DNA from: Schizochytrium sp. TIO01
Taxonomy: Eukaryota > Protista > Bigyra: Labyrinthulomycetes
NCBI GenBank assembly: GCA_004764695.1
Contig: SMSO01000036.1
Coordinates: 558,001 to 622,000 of the forward strand
Reading direction: 5' to 3'
DNA length: 64,000 nt
Positions within the stretch are counted from its first letter, which is position 1; every line of letters begins with the position of its first letter. Under the pieces are notes generated by a model. The model saw nothing but the letters and a program-made list of their open reading frames with translations. It made no database searches and was not told where the DNA came from. The position numbers and the translations under genes were made by a program. Below, piece by piece: positions 20,882-32,211 of this stretch.

Positions 20882-22233
20882 ATGAAGGAAGTGCAGTACT
20901 TTGAGCTAAGCGGCGTGAGCACGAACATATTCAATACATGTAGCTTCGAGCAATGTGGTCTCCCGCGCCTTTTGGTTTCAAATAAGAATCAATTACTCTC
21001 TTTGGACGCCGAGTGGGGTCGCTTTTCGCTGCAAGTACTTTCATTGCAGAATGTGCCGGATGGCGCTGAGATTGTCTCGCTGACGGGATATTCCACAGAT
21101 GCCACGCTCGCATCAGATCAGGGCATGTACCGCAATGGAAAGACTCCTCCAGAGCGTGCAGTTATTGCAGTGGCATATTCTGAAAATCAGAAGAATGCGT
21201 ATTTCACAGAGAATTCAGATGCAACGGGACACCTTTCGCAGTGGGCACTCTCGGATGTGCCCAACAGTAATAGTAGTGGAGCTCCAGGTGATATAAGTTT
21301 CACGTTTGCAATGACATCGCCGTCAGAAACAACTCCGGGTGTTAGTATGAGACACTCAGCAGATCAAATAGCGGGACGTGAATCATCCCCGTCAGTCTCG
21401 TCTCAAAACGCAACTTTGGCTAACAGATTTAACTCATCCGGCTCGACAGGCACGTCATTGGGCCGAGACAATAACATCATATCATCAATGGCAGCGAGAT
21501 CAACCTCGGATCAAGCAGAAGCCACTCTCGAGAAGCCGAAGTACTTCTTAAACATTTATGCAAACTTGGGTGATGACGACGACTCACCTGAACTCTCCAG
21601 GCTGGTTCAGTCTGTGCCACAACGAATTGAACTTGGCTACGCGCCGCTTCGACTCAAGGGATGCAAAGTGTCTATTTCATTTCGTGAAGCTTCCGAACAG
21701 ATGCTAGTTGTTTCTGGCGATGACACAGTGCTTCATTATTTTCAACAGAGGCGGGCTCACGAAGCACCGTCAAGGCGTAGCTTGGGTATCAGACAGTACT
21801 CCTCTAGTAGCAGTACCACAGGGATAGGTATGCATCGTAGAGGTGTAAGAAGCTATCAAGGATCGAGTGATGACCTTGGGCGAAGAGCAGACTCGATGTA
21901 TTCCATGGGCTCTTCCCATTCCGCTTCGTCCCAAGCAGACTCTGCCTCAGAGTTATCCCGAAGGGTAAAGAACAAGACTCGCCGAGCTAGAAGTGACAAT
22001 AGCGAGGTCTCAAACTCTGAGGAAACAAACTCAATCCAGGACCGAATCCTTGGCAAGGCAAATAATCGCGATCATGATTTCGATGATCTTGACGAAGACG
22101 AGGAGGAAATCGAAGATAACGATGCAGATGATGATCTTGATCGCGAGCTTGATCCAGACGTGCGTGCAGCTCTGCAAGCCAGCCAAGATGATGACGAAGA
22201 AGAAGTTGACCTGGATGCAGAAGAAGACGATGA

Positions 22234-22293
<60 letters not shown>

Positions 22294-23410
22294 CGACGAC
22301 GACGACGACGATGACGACGACGATGATGATGATGATGACGACGATGATGATGACGATGATGACGATGACGATGACGACTTGCTTGAAGGGGAGGATGATG
22401 ATGGTCTTGGAGATGGTGATGATGAGGACGATGGGGATGATGGTGAGGAAGAGGAAGAGGAAGACAGTCGTATTGGAGCTTTCCGTCAACAAGGTCTTGG
22501 TAAGAAACGTAAGAGTGTGACACGGCTTCGGCATAGGAGGACCAGGTCTGGATCACCTGTATCAAGTCGTTTGATGTCTCTCATGGGTATGCCAGGAGAC
22601 CAGGAATTTGCTGGACATTTCTCAAGCTCCGATCTTCGTTCATTTGGAGCGGCATTGTATACGAGAATTCGCACAGCAAAGACCCCTATTACGGGGTTTA
22701 GGATGTGCAAGAGTCCAATTTTGAGCTTCGCAGCTCAGGACCTACAGACAAGCTCGTCAACTCAGCTTTTTGCTGCTGGTAGTGATGATGGTGAGCTTTG
22801 TATTGTCGCAAAACCTTTACAGCGCTCTGACAATGTTGATAGCTCAGCACTGCTACACCTCAATGGTTCCCTTCCGTGCGTGGAGATTATTCAGAGTAGC
22901 AGAAGCAACGAGGCCTGGGATGTGGTTGCTGGCAGTAGTCTTGGCTTCGCTGCGGTGGTGGAAGCGTCAGTCAGTCGCACAAGTGACTTGAGCTTAAGCG
23001 ACCCTTCTTTGCTTCCTCACTCTACAGATTATGATAGTGTCCTCTGTTCCAAAGTTGCAGACATTGACTGGGACGGTGAGCCAGAGGTGCTTCTTGGTAC
23101 CTATGGCCAGCGTTTGCTTTCATACAAACGTGTGACTGAAGGTGAATCCTTGGACGCCTCGGTGAGTATGTCCAATGAGGCAAGATCCTCAGAATATATC
23201 GCCTCGTGGAACCGTGATTTTGCTTACCCTTTGTTCTCTATTGAAACTGGAGATTTTAATCAGGATGGCGCTGACGAAGTTGTTGTGAGTACTTTGGGCG
23301 GCGTGCATATTCTGCAACCAGACTTAAGTGCTGCTGCTGATAAGATCATTCTTGCAGCTGAGCGTCTTGCCGAACTTCAGCGTGCTGCTACGGAAGAGGT
23401 GTACACTTGA
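20882..23410 (+). CDS. KPTN: Kaptin (KICSTOR subunit) homologue with large low-complexity and acidic insertions
   Basis: The C-terminus DSVLCSKVADIDWDGEPEVLLGTYGQRLLSYK...WNRDFAYPLFSIETGDFNQDGADEVVVSTLGGVHILQ matches the FG-GAP-like kaptin C-terminus. Also YFLNIY and IELGYAPLRL. First ATG is at 20882. Confidence 0.85.
22238..22378 (+). repeat. Coding (GAT/GAC)n trinucleotide repeat, 47 consecutive Asp
   Basis: Read directly, in frame within KPTN. Confidence 0.97.
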
Positions 23411-23909
23411 AGCTCATGCCCAGTGGCTTGTGTTGTAGCCAAACATTTCTGCTCTTAGTTCTTGACACTGCGTGGCTACTTGGGGTCAATTTGATGGTAC
23501 CTTTACATTGCATAAGCAGAATGTACATAGACATCAAAGAAAAAAACAAAACAAACTGAACTTGCTTCTTTAGTATAGAAGGAAGATTAATTTTCAAAAG
23601 ATGTTGCTTCCGTGAAGAATTGAAATTTTCAGAATCAATGAGCAGAGGTTTGTATCATTTTCCAATTTCTTTTGAAGTAGGGAATTCCCACATCATCACC
23701 ATCAATAACGAAAACTATCAACAAGGGTTATGTTTGTATGAAGTGCAAATGCATATGGGACCCTCCTTGTTGCCAGGACATCTGTTCCTTTTAAGGGAAA
23801 CCATTTAAAAAAAAAAGAAGGATAGTTTTTACTCTGAAATCGTATTTCTACTCGAAGATGGATGTAAATGAAGAGTATAATATAAAAAGACTTAATATAT
23901 ACATATATA

Positions 23910-23912
<3 letters not shown>

Positions 23913-23953
<41 letters not shown>
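23913..23953. repeat. (AG)n microsatellite
   Basis: About 20 perfect AG units between the convergent KPTN and acuI 3' ends. Confidence 0.95.
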
Positions 23954-23956
<3 letters not shown>

Positions 23957-24176
23957 AAAATCATTTATTTGACTTCGAGATGGAGAAAGGTCGATTGTAC
24001 GCAAGATCGTAAGGTTCCACACAGGTTGTCAGATATGTATAAGTAGCCCCACATTGACTTGTGTGCTCCAACGAAGCATCGAGGTGACAAAAACACCCAC
24101 CAGCTTAAGGCATTACAGCTCCATTTGAATTTAATTCAAAGCTAAGCGAGGAAGAAACGGTTGCCATGATATGAAT

Positions 24177-25340
24177 TTACTTGGTGAGATCGATGACAAT
24201 GCGACCAAAGGTCTCACCCTTGAGCATGGCAGCAGAGATCTCGGGAAGGTCCTCGAGAGTCTTAGTCTCAAACTTGTCAAAGTAGTGGGGCGGGAAGTCA
24301 GTCTCAAGGCGAGCCCAGACCTTCTTGCGGCTCTCCATATCGAGCTGCACAGAGTCAATGCCAAGGAGAGAAACGCCACGGAGGATGAAGGGGAAAACCG
24401 TGGCATCAACCTTGGGTCCAGCAGCGACGCCACTGAGTGCGACAGCGCCACCGTACTTGATGCGCGGGAGGATGGCTGACGTGACGGAGCCTCCAACACA
24501 GTCAATCGCAGCAAAGAAGAGCTCCTTGTCAAGCGGCTTGGCCGGGTCAAGTCTGGAGATGACCTCCTTGGCACCCAGTGACTTGAGCCAAGCCTCGTTC
24601 TCTGCGGCGTGACCAGTGCTGGCAATCACATTCGTGTAACCGAGCTTACCGAGGATGGCGACCGCGGTGGATCCGACGCCTCCGGTCGCTCCTGCCACGA
24701 GGAACGGCGCGTCCTTCGGCACCTCCATGTGGCGCTCAATTGCCATGATGCTCTGCATTGCCGTGAAACCCGCAGTGCCAATGACCATGGCCTGCTCGGT
24801 CGAGAACGACTTGGGCAATGGCACCAGCCACTCCGCCGGTACGACGGCTTTCTCAGAATAGCCACCGTTCATGTGCTGGCCAGCGTAGTGGCCAGTCAGT
24901 ACGACCTTTTCGCCGACTTGGAATCGGCCGGAGTCGTCCTGCTCAATCTCGCCGGCGAAGTCGATACCAGGGACAATGGGGAACTTCGTAGCCACGCCCG
25001 GGAGACCCTGGCAGACCATGGCGTCCTTGTAGTTGACAGTACTCGTGCAGACTTTGACGGAGGCCCTGGGTAGGCCGTGGTACTTCTTGTCATCAAAGGC
25101 GGGCAGGCTGTCGACGGTGGCATCCTCCACAAGCTCGTGGCGCACGGGGTCCGCCTTGGACTCCTTGTGGACGACCAGCGCCTTGAAGCCGCGCTTCTGT
25201 TGCTTCTGCTGCTGCTGCTGCATGTTCAGGGACATAGAGGCTGCCGCACGGTCAACTCCTGCTCTGCCGAGACCCTGAGATCCCAGTTTGGCACGAACCA
25301 TCTTTGCTGCTCCAAGCGCCGCTGCGTTGTGGGTCAACAT
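24177..25340 (-). CDS. acuI: Acryloyl-CoA reductase AcuI/YhdH family (MDR superfamily) with an N-terminal organellar-type leader
   Basis: STVNYKD, FPIVPGIDFAG, GGYSE, AMVIGTAGFTA, VAGATGGVGS, AIDCVGG and the diagnostic VFPFILRGVSLLGIDSV. The Arg/Ala-rich, acid-poor leader contains poly-Q. The start could be ATG 25340 or 25301. Confidence 0.88.
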   Translation of the reverse strand: MLTHNAAALGAAKMVRAKLGSQGLGRAGVDRAAASMSLNMQQQQQKQQKRGFKALVVHKESKADPVRHELVEDATVDSLPAFDDKKYHGLPRASVKVCTSTVNYKDAMVCQGLPGVATKFPIVPGIDFAGEIEQDDSGRFQVGEKVVLTGHYAGQHMNGGYSEKAVVPAEWLVPLPKSFSTEQAMVIGTAGFTAMQSIMAIERHMEVPKDAPFLVAGATGGVGSTAVAILGKLGYTNVIASTGHAAENEAWLKSLGAKEVISRLDPAKPLDKELFFAAIDCVGGSVTSAILPRIKYGGAVALSGVAAGPKVDATVFPFILRGVSLLGIDSVQLDMESRKKVWARLETDFPPHYFDKFETKTLEDLPEISAAMLKGETFGRIVIDLTK

Positions 25341-25477
25341 CCTTAGTTTTATGAGGTGGTGCTTCACGGAAACTTTTGGCTTCCCAAGATATCGATTCCT
25401 GCAAAAGAGAGAAACGCTGATTTACAAAGGTTCTTCCGGAGGGAGATCCAATATCCTCTTCCGCCTTGGAGCTAGGT

Positions 25478-26143
25478 CGCTGCTGCTGCTGCTGCTGCTG
25501 ACTTCTTCAAGTCCCGCCACCGCACGCGGTCGATCGGACCCGCGTGTTTCGGACCCAAGTCGGAGTCGAGTTGGTTTCGCACCGTCAGAACGGAGGAAAT
25601 CAAGAAAGAAGAAGAAGCACGCAGATCAAGAAAAGTTAGAGTCGTCATCACAGCCATCGCTAGGTTAGTCTTCGCGCTCTCGCTCGCCGGGTCTTGGCTG
25701 CGTGCCTTCCTGTGGCTTACCGTGGCGCTGTTTCGATTTTGATCGACAGCTGGTCGCTGGATTGGGCAATTGGTCGACTCATTGACCGCGGCGGTCCTCG
25801 GCTTCGATTGAATCATTCGTTTCATGAGGGCCGAGGACATTTGTGGAACATGATCATGATATGATCAACTTCAACTTCAACTCCAACTTCAACTTCAACT
25901 TCAGCCTGGACGTGTAAAAGACGAGAATCGGGAAATCCAAGCAGCGCCAGACTCGAGCTCCGTACCGTGGCAGCGGCAGCAGCAGCAGAGAGTTTTGTGT
26001 CATCCCCTGTCTCGCGGTGCCATGGATCGTACGTTGATCTGTGGGAGGAACTCCTTCATTGATTCTCGTTTGCGACGACGGCCTCCGGATTGTGGAAGCA
26101 GTCCAGGTGCACATTCACGTTGTTCTTCACTTCCAAAGCTGCC

Positions 26144-26175
<32 letters not shown>

Positions 26176-28308
26176 CACCATCATCATCCGAGGAGTTGAG
26201 GCAGCACTGCAAGCTCGCTTGTGACGCTAGGTAGCTAACTCGAGGTGATGGCTGGCATCTATCATCTGTCCAGAGTCGGATTTCATGATCACATTGCGCG
26301 ATCTTTACATTTCATATTTATTCTATTTATTTATTTTTAGTTTAACAAAGAAGGAACACGTTTGTTGGTGAAATATGCTCAATCGTCCTTCCTCTTCGAT
26401 CGGGAACCAACCTTTCGCCCAATGCTCTGATCTCAGGCCATCGGGCTTTTCAGGCGGGCCGAGCATCGTGGCGATAGCACGATATCTGGCTAAGGGCACC
26501 AATACCAACGTTCATCGTGTTGTGAACAAACAAACAAACAAACAAACGAACGAACAAACAAATACGCAGTGACGATGAAAAGAACACATATCTTTCAGAT
26601 GGATTGCCGCAGTGTGACTCAACCTTGGCTGATCCTCTACAAGTATCTTCAAGTTTAATGTTTAAACAATGACAGGCTCTGAAACCTGTATATATTTTTC
26701 AATAGCACATTCGGCAAATGTTGCTTCCATATCCCCTCAAAGACTTGTTTAACTTTAAAATAAAATTAAAAACAAAAATTAAAAGCACTAGTAGTAGCTA
26801 TTCTATATGCATTAATATATTTTACTTTAATTTAACAAAAATAAAAAATGATTTATTAAAAAAAATAAAAAAAATCATTCGACTGCTCTTTTTCTGTTAT
26901 GAAAGTCAAAATATAGATAGGAGCATCTTGGAAAAGGCCGGCAGTAATTATGATTCTGTCAAGCCCCATCCAGTCGAGGCATCCAATCAGAAACCATGAT
27001 GACCTCAATACCAGAGCCCACAGAACGTCAGGTGCAGGCCGCTGATTTTCACATCAGGATTAAGCTTTGGCTTCGCTCGAAAGTCGCAGAAAACCCAGCC
27101 CTCGTCGCCCCACCCCCTGAATTTTTTTCAGTTTACTGCATCGGACACTGGAATCTCCAGCTAACAGTGATTGCGGAATCCTTCTGAGCTCCTCCTCGGT
27201 CACTCGGATTCGCGATTTCCAGATACCATGGGCAGAAGAATTACATCACATCCTCCAGTGCGTCGCAATCACCAGCACGCCGTTTGCCCCCGGTGCTCGA
27301 AGGCTGGCTGTCCTGCACGAAACTAACTGGCCTGACGCCACAAGTGTCTTTCCTTCAAAGCGGTGACGTCGCTTCTGCAGTGGCTGAAGATGCCACCCGC
27401 GAATCCTCACCTCACGTCCACGATTGTTTGTCACATATTCACGTATTCGCGTATTCTTGAGCCTGTGAGATGCACGCATCATCCTTGGCGTCCTCGCTTC
27501 TTCTCTTGCCTGTGCTCGCCATCGCCACGAAACACGAACTGAGACGCTCAGGTTCTCGCGCAGCTCTCAGCGATGATGCACGTGCTGGTGCTGATGCTTG
27601 CGGTCGAGGCCGTTGCCCTCGCAAGAAGCTCTTGGAGGCACCGGCATTGGTTGACTGATCGATCGGCCGGTCGAGAAACCACTGCGAAATCATAGCTCAT
27701 CGAAAGAAACAAGCCGGCAAAGCTCGGCCCACGCTCGCTCGTTCCAGGCAGCCTCCTCGGCCTCGCACGAACCTCCTGCCTGCAGAGCAGATTGAAAACC
27801 CTCGCTCGCTCTCGCCACCTCGATCCTCGATCCTCGATCCTCGATCCTCGATCTTCGATTCGCGATCGTAAGTAAATCTCGCGGCGTATGCCAAAGTTCT
27901 CATCGCCTGCCAGAACGGGCCCTGAAAACCCAAGGAAAGGTCACACTGAGGGCGGCCCACTTGAATACGGAGTGGACAGTTGGATCTCCGTGCCATCGTG
28001 ACCATCATGGCATGGCAAGGATCTCCATGTCGCCTCGCCAGGGGGGGCTGGACGACCTGAGGGGCGAACGGAGTTGAGCTTCGGCCGGCCCTCAAGCTGT
28101 GTCGGGTTCTTTGCGCTGGTGCTTGATGGAGGTGAGGAGAAGTAGGGATGACGGTAATGCTTAGTGGTAGTAGTGTAAGTCTGCAGGTTTTCTTTTGCTG
28201 CGTATCTGTGGGTCCAATGACCGCAGAGGTGGAAGACGGGCGCGGCCGAGCAGGCTGGTCGAACGGCCCGCCTTAGTGGGTCGCGCAGAAGGAACATAAA
28301 GAAAGCAG

Positions 28309-28338
<30 letters not shown>
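25478..28338. repeat. Cluster of short tandem repeats in a long non-coding interval: (GCT)n, (AACTTC)n, (CAT)n, (CAAA)n, (TCGATCC)n, (AAGC)n
   Basis: Seen at ~25478-25500, ~25867-25902, ~26143-26187, ~26526-26562, ~27820-27853 and ~28313-28338. Confidence 0.85.
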
Positions 28339-28339
<1 letters not shown>

Positions 28340-28716
28340 GGACAAAAGACGTTCTGAATCGCTAGCTTCATGATGATGATTCAAGACATCTTTTGTAAAC
28401 TGAAAGTCACTCAGCTATCACGAGGGACGCCCTAAATGTATAGGGTTTCGGCAGCTTAAACTCGCGAGAACAATTCTTCAACAAACGTCGAGAAACGTAA
28501 TAATGTGCAGAGAAAACCACAAGGGTTATTTTCTTGGGGCGAAGTATCAGGTTGGCTATCGCGAAGCAAGTCACAAACCCCTAAAGCTGTATAGCATCGC
28601 GATGCTCGAAAAGCGCCTCCTTAATTTGAGGTCGAATGTGGCCGCCAAAGACAATTCCTTGTGTATTGCAAACAGAACTATATCAAAACACCTTGCTACT
28701 GTGGTGTGCTAAGAAA

Positions 28717-28983
28717 CTACTTTATATGCTAACACGGAATCTCCTTTCGCTCTGAAGTAACAAGCAAAAAAATGTTGCAAGCGAGAACATAACACTCAGG
28801 AGAATCTACTTCATATGCTAACACGGAATTTCCTTTTGCTCTGAAGTAACAAGCAGAAAAACATCGCGAGCGAAAACATTGCACTCAGAAGAATCTACTT
28901 TATGTGTTAACACGGAATTTCCTTTCGCTTTGAAGTAACAAGCAGGAAAATGTTGCGAGCGAGAACATGACATTCAGAAGAAG
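28717..28983. repeat. Tandem array of three degenerate 89-bp units
   Basis: Units start at ctac 28717, 28806 and 28895. Shared core taacacggaat.tccttt.gct.tgaagtaacaagca...gcga.aacat...ca.tcag.agaa. Confidence 0.92.
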
Positions 28984-29535
28984 CTAGATGACTTTTCTCT
29001 TAGCAAAATTGGCTCGTCATTGAGCTGTGTGTGATAAGAAGTCCGACAAATTAGAAACTTGCGGGGATGCTTCTGTTTTTAGTCGAATATCACTGTGGTC
29101 TGATTCCATTTGTAGGCAATGAAATCATCTCGAATGCCTGGGATTGCTGCCCATCTTTCTACGTCAATCCTCTTCGTCTGAAGCAGGCCCAACTCCCTTT
29201 CTGTAGAATTCCGACCTGCTCTTCTAACTGAGCGTTTCCCCTGGTGCTTCTTATTTCAAACCGTACTAACGCAGCACAGTCTCCAAGAGTGTAGCAAGGG
29301 CACTAGGAAACAATATCTTGCAGCATGTCCGCACTTCACAATCTATTTAAAGCTCGAATCAGATAATATTTCGGAAAAATTAATATAATATGTATGAGAT
29401 AGAGGATGCAATACAAATGCGTAGTAGCAGACATCCTATTGATGCCTACAGTATCGGCTAAGTGGTTAAAATCGCGAGCGCCAAATTGCAATACCGAGAC
29501 GAGATCAAGCGATCTTAGCCCGCTTCGACTTCACA

Positions 29536-30084
29536 ATGGAGCAGCAGATCAAGCCCGCCGTGACATGCGTGGTTGTGGACCGCGAGCCCGAGTGCTGCGG
29601 CGTTGTAGCTCCTGGCGGTCTGCTCGGAGATGCCAAGTTCGGTCGCAGGAAACGCCATGATCGCGAGCTTCTTGCCACTGCGGTGCCAAGTGACGACTCC
29701 AAAGCCGCCGAATTCGAAGCAGGGCAGGCCAATGAACAGCTTGTTTTCGAGGGCATAGACCTGACCTCGCTCAAGACTGGCGACAGAGTTCTCATCTGCC
29801 CCGGTAAGCAGCATGACACAAAAAGACCTGTCTCGAGTGCCGTCGAAGCTCGATGCGACGCCATTGCACGCAAATTGTGGCCCGAAGAGCGTGGACCACG
29901 CACAGCTTGCGTGGAGCTTGAATTTCATGCTGCTCGAGATTGTGGCTCGGGAGGAGCATTTTTCTCCACTACAACCCCAGGACTTGTGTGTGCCGGAGAC
30001 TCCGTCGAGATTGCGTCCAAGAAACTGGATGTTACGACGCCATCCCCCTCGGCGCCGATGCCTGAAAGCCCAGAGGCAGTATAA
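29536..30084 (+). CDS. Divergent MOSC-domain (YiiM-like) protein
   Basis: GLLGDAKFG..RHDRELL, AGQANEQLVFEGIDLTSLKTGDRVLI and GAFFSTTTPGLVCAGDSVEI resemble MOSC consensus elements (GL.GD; G..EN....G.D...L..GD.L.I; G.I..GD.V). Confidence 0.65.
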   Translation: MEQQIKPAVTCVVVDREPECCGVVAPGGLLGDAKFGRRKRHDRELLATAVPSDDSKAAEFEAGQANEQLVFEGIDLTSLKTGDRVLICPGKQHDTKRPVSSAVEARCDAIARKLWPEERGPRTACVELEFHAARDCGSGGAFFSTTTPGLVCAGDSVEIASKKLDVTTPSPSAPMPESPEAV

Positions 30085-30502
30085 AAAGCCGACGCTCATA
30101 ATTTCTTGAATGCATGGCTAAACTGATTATTGCCATTTTTATTACATACATTAACTTCGATAGAAACTCCCCTGGCTCCGTGGAATTCAGATGACACATT
30201 TGAATTGACCTCCTCGCGCAATACTTTTCTTGGTTGCGTTCTTTGAACTTAGCTCTTCAGGATCGCTCATTCATTTAGGTATAGTTGCGCTGGAATTCTA
30301 GCTAAATGATCCTCGGTCCTGCAGCTCTGCAGTTCTACCTCCGAAGGATCTTTCAAAGGTGCTTGGTGTTGATAAAACTCCCCCAAGAAGGTAGGGTAGT
30401 ACCATGATACTATGAATAAATTATTTGTTCTGAATTTACACAGCGATATCTATGTCGAACATACATCAACATGCTGTTTTCTACTAGTTTATTTTCCTCC
30501 TT

Positions 30503-31426
30503 TTACTCTTCAATTTCTTCGAGTTTTTCGAGATCTGTGATCATCTTTGTTTCGAGCTGGTTTCCCGCCAATGTGAAGCGCCGCAGATTATTTGCACTTG
30601 TGATGAGCTCGGCAGGCAAATCAGTCAAGCGATTTTGAGCGAGCAACAGGTGTTTAAGCTTTGGTAAACCAGCAATACGCTTTGCCACACCTTTGAGCTT
30701 ATTGTTCTCTGCATTGATGACTTGAATAGATTCACACCTTCCTAAGCATGCGTGAAGCTTCTCCAAGCAATTGTCCTGCAAATAAACACGCTTTAAAGCG
30801 TTGCAACCTCCCATTGTTTTAGGTAAAGCTTCTAGTTGATTGTCCTCCGCGTGTAGTATTTCTAGTTTCGAAAGATTTCCAAATGACTTCGGGAGTGATT
30901 TGATCTTGTTCCGGGCAAGACCTAGCTGACGGAGATTAACAAGACTACCAAACGCCTCGGGTACCTCACTTATGGCGTTGTCATCGACGTAGATCTCCTC
31001 TAGACTTGTAACAGTCCACAAGCAGCTCGGAAAGGCCGTGAGCTTGTTGCGATGCAATGGAAGACCCTTCAGTGCAGGCAGCTCACCAAAACTTTCCGGA
31101 AAACCGTTTTCTGTAAGTTCATTATCCTCGAGGTAAATTGTGTCCAAGTTTTCTAGTTGGCCAATGTTCTCAGGTAGTGCTGTAATCTTGTTCTTGCGAA
31201 GATAGACTTCGGTCAGGTTTACCAGGTTCTCAAGTCCATCAACTTGCGTCAACTCGTTATCCTCCAGGTATAGCCCTTCAAGCTCGCGACACTTTTCAAA
31301 AACCACAGCTGGAACCTCAGATAGCCCTTTTTCAGACATGTCAAGCTCAGTGAGCTCTTCTTCGTCCTCGTCAACGTCCAGCTCCAGCTCCTCGATAAGC
31401 TGTGCAAGTTCATCGTCAATCCCCAT
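30503..31426 (-). CDS. Leucine-rich repeat protein (~11 LRRs), acidic N-terminus
   Basis: Regular ~23-aa LxxLxLxxNxLxxLPxxFG repeats. Confidence 0.92.
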   Translation of the reverse strand: MGIDDELAQLIEELELDVDEDEEELTELDMSEKGLSEVPAVVFEKCRELEGLYLEDNELTQVDGLENLVNLTEVYLRKNKITALPENIGQLENLDTIYLEDNELTENGFPESFGELPALKGLPLHRNKLTAFPSCLWTVTSLEEIYVDDNAISEVPEAFGSLVNLRQLGLARNKIKSLPKSFGNLSKLEILHAEDNQLEALPKTMGGCNALKRVYLQDNCLEKLHACLGRCESIQVINAENNKLKGVAKRIAGLPKLKHLLLAQNRLTDLPAELITSANNLRRFTLAGNQLETKMITDLEKLEEIEE

Positions 31427-32211
31427 CTTAGTGCTTTATTTTCCTTACAGGCAAACACAACTGCAGAGTGACCCTCACAGTCCAACAGTATCCCGACCTC
31501 CCTCACGCAATGGCTCTGTACACAAGCTCAAGCCAAGGATTTGACGAGCTTCCAACGTTCGCGGACTTCACAGTAAACTGAAGACACCCTCTTGCAACTC
31601 TTTTTCCTGATGAAAGCCAGCCTCACTTCCTCGCAGTGGTCACACGCACTAAGTTGGTTGCAGGACACCTCTGACAGAATAATTGATCAAACACAATGCT
31701 GCATAAGTGGTTCTGGGATTACTTCTCCCATCCATATGCATCAACTCACTCATTCATCATCGCTCGGGTAGACAATCACAACCATACCAGTATCCCCTAT
31801 GTCTTCCTTTAGATTTCCTAGGGGCTTATTCTAAACGACCGTTGGCAAAAACAAGACTAAGTGTACTTTGCGGGTTCCCTGTGTACCCTACCGCGCACCG
31901 TTTAGAGGAACCCGCAATAGTACCAATGGATCCCGCGCCCAAGTCTTCCGCGCCGCGGATTACTATGATCAGGTGGGCCGCCTTGGCAAGAAAGGAGCTT
32001 GGATTCTTAGATATTAGTTCACATGATAGATAAGAAAGTTTGAAGTGGATTGTCCATGCTGGATCTTTGGTTTGGATTAGTCAGAGATTGCGATTTAATG
32101 TTGGTCTAAGAGAAGTTTTAATAGGTCACCGGCAGTTCGCAAAACCCCTTGTGGTTCGAGAATTGCGTTTGCGAGGCTGTGGCGCTGTGGCGCACTCTCG
32201 CGTATAATCCT

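Noticed and set aside
21987-22565. Poly-His, poly-Ile and poly-Met ORFs
   Set aside because: These are alternative-frame readings of the (GAT)n repeat inside KPTN.
27240-27522. Minus-strand ATG frame with three in-frame TGA codons (selenoprotein or readthrough?)
   Set aside because: The read-through product has no recognisable domain or redox motif and I found no SECIS-like element; this is consistent with GC-rich non-coding sequence.
28717-28983. Possible CRISPR array
   Set aside because: The units are homologous over their whole length, with no unique spacers and no cas genes; the context is eukaryotic.
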